DNA of 64,000 nt from Spirogloea muscicola. Taxonomy: Eukaryota. The DNA lies in the NCBI GenBank assembly GCA_009602725.1, contig WELB01000002.1, positions 1,218,185-1,282,184 of the forward strand. The letters are read 5' to 3'. Under the pieces are notes generated by a model. It made no database searches. It had not been told where the DNA came from and worked only from the letters and a program-made list of their open reading frames with translations. This document shows positions 1-13,024 of this stretch, one piece after another (within the stretch, counting starts at the first letter, position 1; each line of letters begins with the position of its first letter). A program made the position numbers and the translations under genes.

Positions 1-61
<61 letters not shown>

Positions 62-76
62 GGCGGCGGCGGCGCG

Positions 77-3000
77 ATGGCGGGCATGGAGGTGACGCAG
101 GTGCTGCTGAACGCGCAGTCGCCGGATGGCGGCGTGCGGCGGCTGGCGGAGGAGAGCCTCAAGGCGTTCCAGGAGCGGAGCCACGCGGCGTTCCTGGCGG
201 CGCTGGCGCTGGAGCTGGGCGCGGAGGAGAAGCCGGTGGACTCGCGGCGCCTGGCGGGGCTCATCCTCAAGAACTCGCTGGACGCCAAGGAGGCGGCGCG
301 CAAGGCCGACTACGCGCAGCGCTGGGTGGGCGTGGAGCCCGCCGTGAAGGCGCAGGTCAAGGCCGCGCTGCTGCGCACGCTGCCGTCCGCCGTGCACGAC
401 GCGCGGCACACGGCGGCGCAGGTGATCGCCAAGGTGGCCGCCATCGAGCTGCCGCGCGGCGAGTGGATGGAGCTCGTGGCCAGCCTGCTGGCCAACATGG
501 GCGGCCCGGGGCGGGAGCAGCCGGCGCACGTCAAGGAGAGCACGCTGGAGACGCTGGGCTACGTGTGCGAGGAGATCTCGTCGGACGTGCTGCAGCAGGA
601 GCAGGTCAACAGCGTGCTCACCGCCGTCGTCCAGGGCATGAACAAGAACGAGCCGAACGTGGACGTGCGGCTGGCGGCCACCCGGGCGCTCTACAACGCC
701 CTCGACTTCGCGCAGACCAACTTCGAGAACGACATGGAGCGCAACTACATCATGCAGGTCATCTGTGAGGCGACCCTGAGCACCGACATCCGCGTACGCC
801 AGGCGGCCTTCGAGTGCCTCGTCTCCATCGCATCCACGTACTACGAGAAGCTCTCGACTTACATGCAGGTCTGGTTCTCTCCCGCAGCTTCCCATGGCTG
901 CAACTTGCACGACGACCCACATGTGGTCTAGTACGATGTGGTGGATGGGCTTCATTGGGCTCGCATCCTTGGACTGCATTGCTCCTCCATTGACTCTTAG
1001 CGTTGAGGTTAGACATTGAGACGGTCGGCCTCGTGCTGTGCAGGACATCTTCGTGATCACGTCGAAAGCGGCGAGGGAGGACGAAGAGCCGGTGGCGCTG
1101 CAGGCCATAGAGCTCTGGTCGACCATCTGCGACGAGGAGATTGAGATTCAGGAGGAGTACACGGGCGACTCGGAGGTGACGAACTTCAACTTCATCAAGC
1201 AGGCCCTCCCTGCGCTGGTTCCCATGCTGCTCGAGACGCTCACCAAGCAGCAGGAGGACCAGGACACAGAGGAGGGAGCGTGGAACCTCTCCATGGCCGG
1301 TGGCACCTGCTTGGGGCTCGTGGCGCGCACTGTGGGGGACGACATTGTCCCGCTGGTGATGCCCTTCGTCCAGGAGAACATCACGAAGCCCGACTGGCGC
1401 TGCAGAGAGGCTGCCACCTATGCATTTGGGTCAATCTTGGAAGGCCCGTCTCTGGAGAAGCTCATGCCCCTGGTCAACATGGCCCTCAACTTCATGCTCC
1501 ACGCGATGAAGGATGAGAACAACCACGTGAAAGACACGACTGCGTGGACGCTGGGGCGAATATTCGAGTTCCTGCATGGCCCCTCCATTGACACTCCCGT
1601 CATCACCCCTACCAACCTCCCAACCATTCTTGGGGTCCTCATCGAAAGCATTAAGGACGCAGCAAATGTGGCGGAAAAAGTGTGTGGAGCCCTCTACTTT
1701 CTTGCTCAGGGTTACGAGGAGACCGGGGGAGCAAGCTCTCCTCTGTCGCCATACTTCCAAGGCATTGTTCTCGCGCTCCTTGCTACCACAGACAGGGAAG
1801 ATGCTGGAGAGTCCCAGTTGCGCTCCTCTGCGTACGAGACTCTCAATGAGGTTGTCCGGTGCTCGACGGAAGACACGTCGAATATTGTAGTGCAGCTGGT
1901 CCCTGTAGTTATGCAGAAACTCGATCAGACCCTGCAGATGCAGATCGTCTCGACAGATGATAGGGAGAAACAGAGCGAGCTGCAAGCTCTTCTCTGTGGG
2001 GTTCTGCAGGTTAGCATACAGAAGCTGGGTTCAAGTGATGCAACAAAGTACGGGATAGTGCAGTTTGCAGATCAGATGATGAGCTTGTTCCTACGAGTAT
2101 TCGCCTGCCGAAGTGCCACGGTGCATGAGGAAGCGATGCTGGCAATCGGAGCACTTGCTTATGCAACTGGTGCAGACTTCGGGAAGTACATGGCGGTGCG
2201 TACCTGTTTGCTGTACATAGGCACAATCAAGCAACTCCTATGTGCCTTGAAGTAGCTCCTCTGATGATTGCTTCTGGCTGCCTGTATTTGCTTACACTAG
2301 AGTACAATACAAGAGCTTGCACCTCGAGCATCTATTGTAGGGATCTGTGTGTGTCACTTGTCCCTCTGCTCAAAGCTCTTCCAGGCTGCAGCCTCTATCG
2401 GAAGACTCGTCAGCACTGAGGTCTGAGATTGTCCATTTTGGCTGGTCTTGCAGGAGTTTTACAAATACTTGGAGATGGGCTTGCAGAATTTTGAGGAGTA
2501 TCAGGTGCCCTTCCCCAGACTTAACAAGGCTGGCTTCTATATCGTCATTGGTCTGTGTGTATGGTGCTTGTCATGATTAGGAACTGCTTCGCTGCTTAGA
2601 GTTCCTTCTTGTGAGCACAATTGCTCCGTGGTAATGTTGGCCAGTTAATCACCATCAATGAGACGAAATTTCTCTAAGTAGCTGTGCCTTTCCTTCCTGT
2701 CTTGGGACAGCCTGATTTTGCCCTTTGAAGGTTCTGATTGCTAGGGGAGTGTGTGCTGCTCTACAGGTCTGCGCAGTTACGGTGGGTGTTGTAGGTGACA
2801 TATGCCGAGCACTGGATGACAAGGTGCTGCCATACTGTGATGGCATCATGACACAGTTGCTCCAGGATTTATCCAGTAACCAATTGCACCGCAGCGTGAA
2901 GCCTCCAATTTTCTCCTGCTTTGGAGATATTGCGCTAGCAATTGGAGAGCATTTTGAGAAGTACCTGTCCTACGCTATGCCCATGCTTCAGAGTGCTGCA

Positions 3001-3529
3001 GAACTTTCGGCCTCGCACCATACAGCTGGAGATGATGAGCTGATTGAGTATAATAATCAACTGCGAGCCGGCATCTTCGAGGCATACTCTGGAATTTTTC
3101 AGGGCTTCAAAAGCACGAAGCCAGAGATCATGAGCCCGTTCGCTGAGCATATCCTTTTCTTCATAGAGAATGTCTTCAATGATAAGGATAGGTAAGCACC
3201 TCCCACGTCCACACAGACGACTCCATCCTACAGATTGTGCTCTTTGCAGATGTCTGAGACATGCCGGCCGAAATATGTTCAGAGAGAAGGCCATCCATCT
3301 TACAAGTAGCCGAGTGTCATGTGCATGCAGGGATGAACTGGTCACCAAGGCTGCAATTGGTGTTATGGGCGACTTGGCCGACACACTGGGAACTTCTGCA
3401 GCCCAGTTATTTGCGCAACACCCATTCTATAGGGAGTTCATTGAGGAGTGCTTGCAATTCGATGACCCTCAATTGAAAGACACGGCAGAGTGGGCACAAG
3501 GAGCCATCTCCCGACTAGTCAGCAGCTGA
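77..3529 (+). CDS. KPNB1: Importin subunit beta-1 (karyopherin beta), 5 exons: ~77-868, 1044-2195, 2454-2504, 2767-3191, 3331-3529
   Basis: N-terminus MEVTQVLLNAQSPD..RRLAGLILKNSLDAKE (IBN_N), HEAT motifs DWRCREAATYAFGSILEGP and VKDTTAWTLGRIFEFLH; GT-AG junctions join in frame. Confidence 0.95.
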
Positions 3530-4320
3530 GTCATTCCAAGGACTGGCTGACAGCACTTAGGCCTAGAGCAGGGACCAATTCGCCCGAGCTCCTGTCAGCC
3601 GCCACATTGATTGTAGTCCAAGTAGTCAGCTTCCCCTGTGAATAGTTCATTACTGGTCACGTTCAGCGTGCCGCTAAAATTTTGGAAGCGGAGAGGACGC
3701 AGATTGCCTCGCCAACGACCACCCGCCTAACCCCCCAGCAATATGTCTCCTGTCTAGCGATTCCATTTGAGCGCAAGCCCTCATGACGCAGCAGTTTATC
3801 CAATAACTTCAAGCAGCAGCTGGACAAGCCGTGCAGAATCTGCTCTGTGGAGTAATTGAGCGTCGCTCTCAAAGTATGAGGTCGTGGAGCCCAGTGGAGA
3901 TGGTTATGCTTTGGGCGTTGGCAGATAAAGAGAAGGTGGGAGCAGGGACTGGCCTGGAGGGCACGGCAGAGCGAGAGAGAGACGGATAATCCGCAGGCCC
4001 TATTGACGCGCTCCCGTTCCTGCGTGTCGCGGGGTTAGTGGGGAAAGACGGTGGGGTGGGCTGTTTGCTGCACCTTCCGGTCGTTGGAATCGTGAATTCG
4101 CAGGTTCAAAAGCATGTCAACGGCCGCTGGCCAAAAGTATCTGCAGACCCGTGGATGCATGGGCAGGTGGAACCCGACTGCGTTTAGCGGCCACTGGTCA
4201 GCCAGGCTGCAGCACTGCAGCCTCGGCGGGCTCCGCCAGGCCGCCGCTGCCGCCGCCGTCGCCGGGCGCACGCGCGATCTGGAAAAGTCGAGGACACAGT
4301 GTTCTATCTCTGCTGCAGTG

Positions 4321-7300
4321 ATGCCCGCTCCGCCGGCCGCTCCGGGCGCCCGGGCCGAGCGGTGGCTGGCGGCGCAGGCGACAGCACCGCATGCGAATGG
4401 ACCTGCTGGCGTGAACGAGCTCACAGGGGCGTCCACGGAGTCGTCATCTGCGTTCTCCCACTCTCGTAGCAGGCGGCTCATGGCGGAGGCGCTCGCAGCC
4501 GCCAGGGCACGCAGCCGCTCGGTTGCTCAGCAGCCCTCCCTTCTGCTTCCTGAGTGCTACTATCCGGCTTGCAGCAACGAGAAACTGTACGAGGCATACA
4601 GGGACTTGCACAGCCTAGCTCAGGACTTCCGGAAGCCCTTCGATACCCCAGCTATCCTCGTAGTCGGTCACCAGACGGATGGCAAGAGCGCTTTGATTGA
4701 GGCTCTCATGGGATTCCAGTTTAATCACGTTGGAGGAGGGACGAAGACAAGGAGACCAATTGAGCTTCAAATGAAGTACGACCCTGCTTGCGCAGAGCCC
4801 CGGTGCTTTCTCATCACCGATGATCGGCCACCAAAGGAAGTAGAGCAGACTCTTGAGGAACTTCAGGTACAAATATATGTGCAGAGGACATAACAGTGGA
4901 TACTACGCTCACATATGATTCATGAGTCGTCGATGAAACACATGCTGCCTCCTTGAAGGCTAATTACGTGTGCTGCATACTGATGCAGGCGTACATTGAG
5001 GCTGAAAACCTGCGCCTGGAAAAAGAAGCATGTCAGCTCTGGGCAAAGGAGATCATTGTGAAGATCGATTACAGGTTCTGCCCAAATCTAACCATCATTG
5101 ATACACCAGGATTGATTGCTGCAGCACCTGGAAGAAGGAACTCGTCCCTGCAGGTCAGAGTCGCGCTTTGTGGTTGCGTCAATGGTTTGACTCTCAGAAG
5201 ACGAATGCTCATCATTGCTGCCTTGTATGCTTAAAAATGAAAATTGACTCACTAACTAACACCTATCCTGGTCAAACAATACTCGCTACATCAGGCACAA
5301 GCAAAGGCAATTGAGGTTCTTGTCCGAAGCAAGATGCAGCAGCGAGAAGTTATCATCTTATGCCTCGAAGACTGCAGCGACTGGAGCAATGCCACAACAA
5401 GGAGAGTTGTCATGATGGTAAAATCGCAAGGACTGTGCAAGGATTTGCGGTCCATGCCGCCTTTCATAGCGCAACCTCTGTTGTATTCCAGGCTCTGTTG
5501 TCTGCTTGGCGTCTTCTGCAAAAATCCGTCGGGGTTGACCGCTTGCACATCGACGTGCTCCTATTACAGATGGATCCTGAGTTGTCTCGAACAGTCATAG
5601 TATCAAGCAAGCTGGACACAAGGATTCCACAATTTGCCAGGGCAGCTGACGTTGAGCTATTCTTGCGCCCGCCTTTACAATTGTTTCATCACCAAGTACT
5701 TGGTGACGGACCATTCTTTACTTCAGTACCATCTGGCAGAGTTGGCACTGGCAAAGACTGCACTTATTCGTCAAACGAGCAATTTCGTGAGGTGCGTGCA
5801 AGAGATTGGTTATGACTTCTTCCTCCTAACTGTCATACTGTATCAGAACCTTTGTTGAAGTACCCTACCACTTACATCAACCGTATACATGACAATAAGG
5901 ATGCAATCTCAATAGAGCAAGCCGGATGACCTGACTAAGACTCGCCGCTGCCACCCTAAATCCTCCCTAAACCCGTGTTGCAGGGTTCAGGGTGATGTTG
6001 TTGGGGTATACAAAATTGATGTATATACTATACACATTCCAATGTAAGTAGAGGTTTTCATGGCTTTGCTAAGAACGCAAGACACTGAAAGGCAGGCTTG
6101 CTTATGAGCAGTGTTGCTATGTTGTACAGGCTGTGGCCTCTCGTGAGGCTCAGGATGTTGCAGCATTGGAGGAGAAGTTGGATCGGCAGCTTGCAGTAGA
6201 GGAGCGTGCACATGTTGGAGTTAGCCGGTTGCGTTGGTTCTTGGAACAGCTACTCCAGCGCAGGTCTTGACAAGCATTGCTTGTTCTGCATGAATAAGCT
6301 TGGATAAGGGTGCTTTGCTGGTGGCTCGAGATCATTGAATTAACTGCTTTCTAGAAAGAAATGTTGTGCTGGATGTCATGGATCCCATCACATTGACCGA
6401 AGCAGGTACATGGAGAGCGTCCCTTCAATTGTTCCGCTATTGGATAATGAGTATCGCACTGTAGCTCTGAAGCTCAACAGTACCAATGAGGAGCTCAGGT
6501 ACTCGTTATGCAGTCAGTCCTTGAAGACCTCAGATACTTCTAATAACGACTTGCCAGGAAATGGATCATCGACTGCGAGATCAGACAATGTACTAATAGC
6601 ATGCCTGTCACGTGCAGCAATCTGGATAGCATGAAGCTGAAGGATCGAGGCAGCAACTTCCGAGACGCTTTCTTGCAGAAGGTGTCACCTTCAGCCTCTC
6701 CAAGTACAGAGCATTTAGTAGGATGAGAAGTGATAGCTTTTGTTTCTCGAAAGTCAATGATGTTTCTATGTATCACAAAGCTGTTGGACCACAGACCATC
6801 ACCAGAGATAGGCCTCTGCTGTGACTAACTTACTACCGCTGATGTCTCCAGCTATCTCAGCTGTTGAAAGGAACGATAGCAGCCCCCACAAAGGAATATG
6901 GTATCAGTATCTTAGCACTTTCATTAACCATCCCGACTAATGCTTGACGTGCACATGCTCTTATGTAAGAGACTCGTAGATTGGCTTACCTCTTTCATGT
7001 TCTCGCAGTAACAGGTATGTATTCCATATTGATGATCGCGTGCTCAGGGGAGACACTACAGGATGAGCGGGTTCATGGTGGTGCCTTCGTGGGAAGTGAT
7101 GGATTGCAGTTAAACCAGAAATACATGCCGGTGCGCTGAACGACAGCTTGTATAATAAATGCTGCACTTTCTGCCTGCCGATGCGCCTAGATTCCTTGGG
7201 TATTAGGCCGTCTATCTAGAATTGCATGGCTGTCCACATCACCACCATTCAACCACAGCTCAGACCCGGAATCAACACATCAGAGAACTGCATATACGCT

Positions 7301-9539
7301 TCTCCAGCTTGTCAGAGAGCTTGCTTGCTGTATATAAACTTCCCAGCATTTGCTGTCAAATTGGATGTGGTGGTCTTTGCAGAATGCCAGCATGCGCTTG
7401 TATGGAGGTGCTCAATATCATAGGGCTATGGCAGAATTTCGTTTCCTTGTTGGAGCTGTTAAATGCCCAGCCATCAGTCGTGAGGAGATCGTAAATGCTT
7501 GTGGTGTGGAGGACATACACGATGGCACAAATTATTTCAGGTATCACTAAATAGTAGAACTGCTCTCTTTTTTAGGGCCTAGTATATCCTGGTTGGATGC
7601 TGCATCTGACTCGTGGATCTCATGATGCTCCCAGCTTGACGCCAGTGGTGGTCATGTATCATGCGCTTCAGGGTCTGAGGTCTGATGCGCGTAATGGTTA
7701 CACGCGACACTGCAGGACAGCTTGTGTGATTGCAGTTGCCAAGGCTCGTGACGTCTTCGAGCCCTTCTTACACCAGGTTCTTTAGCAAAATTCATGAGCT
7801 TGTTGCACATCGGACATACTCGAAGACGAGATGTAGAGCATGATACTTCAACATGCAGTTGCTAAAGCAGCTGCGCCAGCACTTCCATGTAACACTCAGT
7901 GCTTCATGTTTTATCTTGGCATCTATTTGGCAGCTAGGACATCGGCTGTCACATCTTCTGAAGCGCCTACTACCAATTGCCGTGTACCTACTGCAGGTCA
8001 CAACAGTAACTATGTAACTTATAGCAAATCGTACACATTGCTAAGCTCCAGTTAGAATATATGATGCGCATGTTGTTTCCCTGTACAATGAAACACCAGA
8101 TTCAAGTGCTGTGGGCAAGCATCTAAGATGTCATTTAATTTGCAGAGAGATGGAGAATACTTAAATGGTCATGACATGTTCATGAAAAAGGTGTCTGCAT
8201 CCTTCCAGATTTTCGTAGACGTATCGGAGAGAAGTTGTCGAGAAAGGTAACCTTCGATGCATGTGTTCTGCTATAGCATACCGTGGGCACAGTCGTCCAA
8301 AACGAGCATCAATGGTCTGCTGCAAGCATTCTGCGAGCTTTTGATGCATGTATATGCTCAACAGGTGCATGGAGGACTTGATGAGCACAACTCGCTACGT
8401 GACATGGTCCATACATAACAAGGTTACTTAGAGAGTTTCTTGATCAACACTCAATGACAGAGACTTGTAAAGGAATTCAGGATTTTTTGAAGGAATTAAT
8501 GCTTCAGAGTGCCCCTTGAGCTCTGCCGTATGCAGAGTCATGCTGACCTCCGTCACAAATGTGGTGCCAGAATCGGTCGGCCCTGATATCATTCTTGGAA
8601 TCATTTGCGAAAGACCCAGCAAAGACTTTTGAAAGCACGTCAGCGGCAATGTCTGGATTACCATCGGAAGGAAGACCCCATTCCAATTGCAACTTGGTTG
8701 AAGCTGCCACAGCCTTGGCAGGTGGTTTTGAGCATTCTCAGACTCCTCAAGCACGCCTTGTCAATCTCTTGGAGAGCACCCTCTGGAACAGAAGACTGGC
8801 ACCTACATCCGAGGATATCGTCAACGCCCTCGTACAGCAGATCTTCGGAGGCATTCGTGAGCACTTCGTTGCTGCCGCTGAGCTAAAGGTGATCCCTATC
8901 TCATATGCCAAAGGATTGCCTTTATTGAATTTTCAAGATGGCATCGTTGTCTTGTTTACACTGATTTCGAGACGCTCACTTAAAAGCATTGAGCTGCCTT
9001 GACAAGTTGCCATCTCTGCAGTTCAACTGTTTCTTCCTTATGCCCTTTATCGACAAGTTCCCAACTCAGCTTCGAAGAGACTTGGAGGCAGCATACGAGG
9101 ATGATGTGGACGGCATTTTTGACATCACTCAAGTACGTCAGGCTCTCAAGCAAGGGAAGACTGAACTGGAGCTTGAGCTGCGAAGGGTATGCCAAACAGC
9201 AGCTACGAACTCCCAAGCAGTCTTGCGTATTAAGGGCAGTCCGCGTGCACATGTTGAGCAATCAGACATTCCACAATGTGCAGAAAGTGGTGTATGCATC
9301 TGGTCATTCTTGACCGAAACCGTGATTGTCCAAGCGCATGGCTGACTACGTGTGACACTGAGAAGCGCATCCCATCTTCCTTCATGCAGGTCGAGAAGCT
9401 ACAGGAAAAGTTTGCTGGCATTCACCATCATCTCAGCACGCAGGCAGCAGTTCCTCAGCAAAAGGACTTGGTTGATGAGGTGGGCGGGCACAGCAGGGCA
9501 GACCCTTACGACCCTGACATGCTGCCAGCTACGGCATAG
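4321..9539 (+). CDS. ARC5: Dynamin-related chloroplast division protein ARC5/DRP5B, multi-exon; start codon uncertain (4114, 4321 or 4480)
   Basis: LYEAYRDLHSLAQ..PAILVVGHQTDGKSALIEALMGFQFNHVGGGTKTRRP, NLTIIDTPGLI, RLYGGAQYHRAMAEF, ELKFNCFFLMPFIDKFP; GT-AG introns. Confidence 0.93.
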
Positions 9540-10661
9540 TATCAGATCCTTCTACATCGAGCTAGCAGGCATTATTGCAGCATACCTGATCTCGTGGATA
9601 GGCAATGAATCGTGGCTTAGCTATGTGATAAGGACAATTGTTCTACTCGGAGTAGAATATGCAGCAAGGCAGTCGGGCCTGTCGTGGCTACCAAGATCTC
9701 TGTCAGCAATGTATGTGCTGTTGATCCTCACAGTGTCCTACAGCACGACAATCATTATATAGGTCGTCAAGCTGGTCAGTCAACACGTCCGTGTGAAGGT
9801 TTCTAAAGTTCCGCTGCGACTGTTGAATTCTCTGCATCATTTAAGGTCGTCCAGTGGGCCAACTACTGTGGCTGGCCAACCGCAAAAGGCAGTCGGAGTG
9901 CTTGGCTGATTTGGCCCTTCAAGCCAAGTCGACTGCCGACAACAACTCCACAGAAGAGCAACACAACTGATGCCTTCACGTTGTTTTGCAGCCTAGTTAT
10001 AGCTCGTCTTCTTGGGATATGCTCGAAGCATTCTAATGGTAAATTTGTCGTTCTTCTCGGGCTTGTCATCCACGCCTTTGCAATAGCCGTGATGACATAG
10101 TTTTTTTCATAACACATGTTGCTACTTGTGCAATATTTGTCATTAGTTCAGGGATATCGTGCAGGCGGCCGACAAGCAATCTCAAAGGAAGAATCTGTTG
10201 ATGTCAGCGTACCAGTCTAAATGAGGCAGTTATTCATAGGCTCTTGACGCCAGACTCATCTCTTTCAGCCCCAGGAGTGCAAGCCCTGCGTACGCTGGTG
10301 CATGTGCTATGGCCCCGGTGCTTTTCAATGACCTTTACATCTAACCATGTGATCACTTTTTATGAGCACTTGGAGGAGCAAATGAAGCGCTACCAAAGGG
10401 CCGGCACCGCGAGGGCTTAGGGTCCTGCGAGGTCTCTTGGCCAGGTCCAGGAGCTGGAGGTCTTTGCCGGAAGTCATTCAGAGCGAGTACTCCATGCTGA
10501 CCGTGGAGCGCGGCGGAGAGGTACGCGTTGAGCTTTTTGTTTTGCGAGGAGGAGAGAGGAGGGGCGCAGTGAATACGAAGCAAGAGGGAGGCTAAGCAAG
10601 CAGCAGCATTTGAGAGGGCCAGCCTCGCCGCTCGCCCTTGGGCTGGTCGCGACGGCCACCG

Positions 10662-10664
<3 letters not shown>

Positions 10665-10740
<76 letters not shown>
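10665..10740. repeat. (CT)n microsatellite
   Basis: Perfect CT run read directly. Confidence 0.97.
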
Positions 10741-10747
<7 letters not shown>

Positions 10748-11040
10748 CTAACCATGCTTTGGTTCAGTCCCCTTCCAGCCTGGCTTCGTCATTCCTGGCG
10801 GCCTTTTCAAGGGTGATTGATGTGAGAAGATAGCAAAGTTGACTCCTTATTAAGTGACACTCATGAGTCTGGACGATCCGGAGAGCAGCAGCTTGTAAAA
10901 TCCCGGCAAGCTCATCTAGGACACAGTATAGGAGTGGTCAATGCCCCGGAGCAGAGGCTTGGCTAAAGCAGGTGCATTGTCTGAATGAATAAGGCAGGCA
11001 TTGACCACTGGCGGTTTGGCACCAACTGGGTGCAGGAGAT

Positions 11041-12934
11041 CTAGGCGTGGTGGCCAAGCACTCTATTGCCAGGCCCTGGAGGATGGTGACCAGGCACCCT
11101 ATTTGGTGGCAGTGGACAATGGTGGCCAACAACACGGCCTGGCAGGAGGGGCTGGTGGTGGCCGCTCACTCTTTTCGGACTTGGACTCGGTTGGGTGGCT
11201 GTCCGCTTATACTGGGACTGCGGCGATGCTGGAGCATTGGCCTTGGGTGGCCAGGGAGCCTGGGCAAGCCAGGAGGTTGGAGGCTCAGCATGCGACAACG
11301 TGGAAGTAGTCGCGTGAGCTACAGAGGGTGCAGCATCGGGCTGCATGGCAGGCCTGAGGAGAGGGGCCGGGGCTGAGTACTCTGCCGGGCCAGTGGCATA
11401 CTGGTGAGGCGGCTCCGCGGGCTGTGGGGCCGAGGCAAGGGTCACGTGAGGAAGTGGGGGAAGCACGACCAAGGGCGGGAGTCCTGCAGGGTGCCGAGGT
11501 TTCGGCGGCAAGGAGGCGGCAGGGGTCGGCTTCGCCACTCCATGTACAGGCCAAGGCCAGGATGGAGAAGGAAGAAAAGTCGGAGCTGCTGAAGACGACG
11601 CTGGCCAGGACTCCGACGCCATTGGTGCTTGAAATGCTGGCGCAGAGGTAGGAATGTTCTCAGCAACTGGCGTGAGATCAGGGGTGTAGGCGGGAGCCTG
11701 GGAAGTAGCAGTGTTAGACTGGCAGATTTTGGGAGCCCAGCCGATCCGGCCTCTGGCTTGATCCCAAACCATGAGAACATTGTGCTGTTGGATGTTTCCG
11801 ATGATGTTGACGGCAGGGAAACCACGGATGAGCCCGAGGCATGCAGTCTGAGCATCCTTTCGGAAGACGTATTGCTGACCAGAGGAAATGAAGGGCCCCG
11901 TTGAGCCAGTGAAGCGGAATACAAGGGGCGGGAATCTGAAGTCAAATTCCGCTTGGGAAGTTGATGGTACTGGGTAGCAGACAACCGTCCCGTCTTGCAT
12001 GTAGCTTGGAGATTTGAAAGGTACTCCAAAGCTGGCCAGGCTTGCAACGAGTGCGTCGAACACCTCTGGTGAGATTGATGAGAAGGTGGAGCCTGTGTCA
12101 AAGATGATGTGATCCCAGGATGAAGGGGCCACGAAGACTGGAGTAGTTCCTAGGGCCAGGCCACTGACTTGTACACTGTAGAAGGGGTTGAGGGGACTTG
12201 AATCGGTTGGAACGCTGAGGGGCACATAGTCCAACCTCATCTCATCAACGGATGGGTCGCCGAACGTAAGGAGACCGGTGTTGGTCAAGTTTGCATCTCT
12301 CGTTGTCAGGCATGTTGTGAAATGTTCTCCAGTGACTTGCGCCATCTGTATAATCGCTAGACAATGACAATCATGCACGAGCATATATGACGATGGCACA
12401 TTGCATCCAAACTTTCTGAAAATAAGGATCAAGGAAGCACTTATGAAGAGCAACGTAGAGGTCCCAGCTTAACAGACTTGCCCAACAGCTTGCATTGACA
12501 TAGATGGAAGCTGGACATGGAGACGTCTTCCACAAACTAACATACACAGGTCAACAGAAAGGGGATCACCTGACCAGCAAAAGATATCTTGCTAAGACTG
12601 AGGCCCAAAATTCCTCCAACCTTGGAGAAAGTTGTCTGGCTACTGTTACTGCAGCCAAAGGTAAGCGGCAACTGATGCTGCTTGCCTTCGTTGTCTCGCA
12701 AGCTGACAGTCTCCATGCCCAGAGTCCCCTCTGTGCTGGTCTCGTCTCCATACATGATATTATAGTGACAGGCAGCTGTACTATTTGCAGCACATTCGTT
12801 TGCCGAGGTGCTAAAGCCTGACTGCAAGAGATCTGCACAGAAAGGGCTTGAGCAGTCCTCTGTGCTGAAAGTTGACGACTTGGATGGGTCATATGGAGGT
12901 GCTTGTTGAGAGTCGCAGTCCCACAAGGCTTGCA
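11041..12934 (-). CDS. Pepsin-like (A1, nepenthesin/xylanase-inhibitor type) aspartic protease with Pro-rich C-terminal tail; 5' part missing and an apparent frameshift near 12921 (possible pseudogene or assembly error)
   Basis: Exon 12934-12570 (YDPSKSSTF..C..CHYNIMYGD..FGCS..GILGLS) and exon 12345-11041 (IIFDTGSTFS, CLGL, NIIGNIQQHNVLMVWD..GRIGWAPKIC). Confidence 0.85.
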
Positions 12935-13024
12935 CTGAAGATGGGAAGAGGAGCCTTGTCAGGGTGCTGCCGCTTTAGTGAGCATACACCAGATATCTCA
13001 TCATCAGCAATATGCAGCAGTCCN

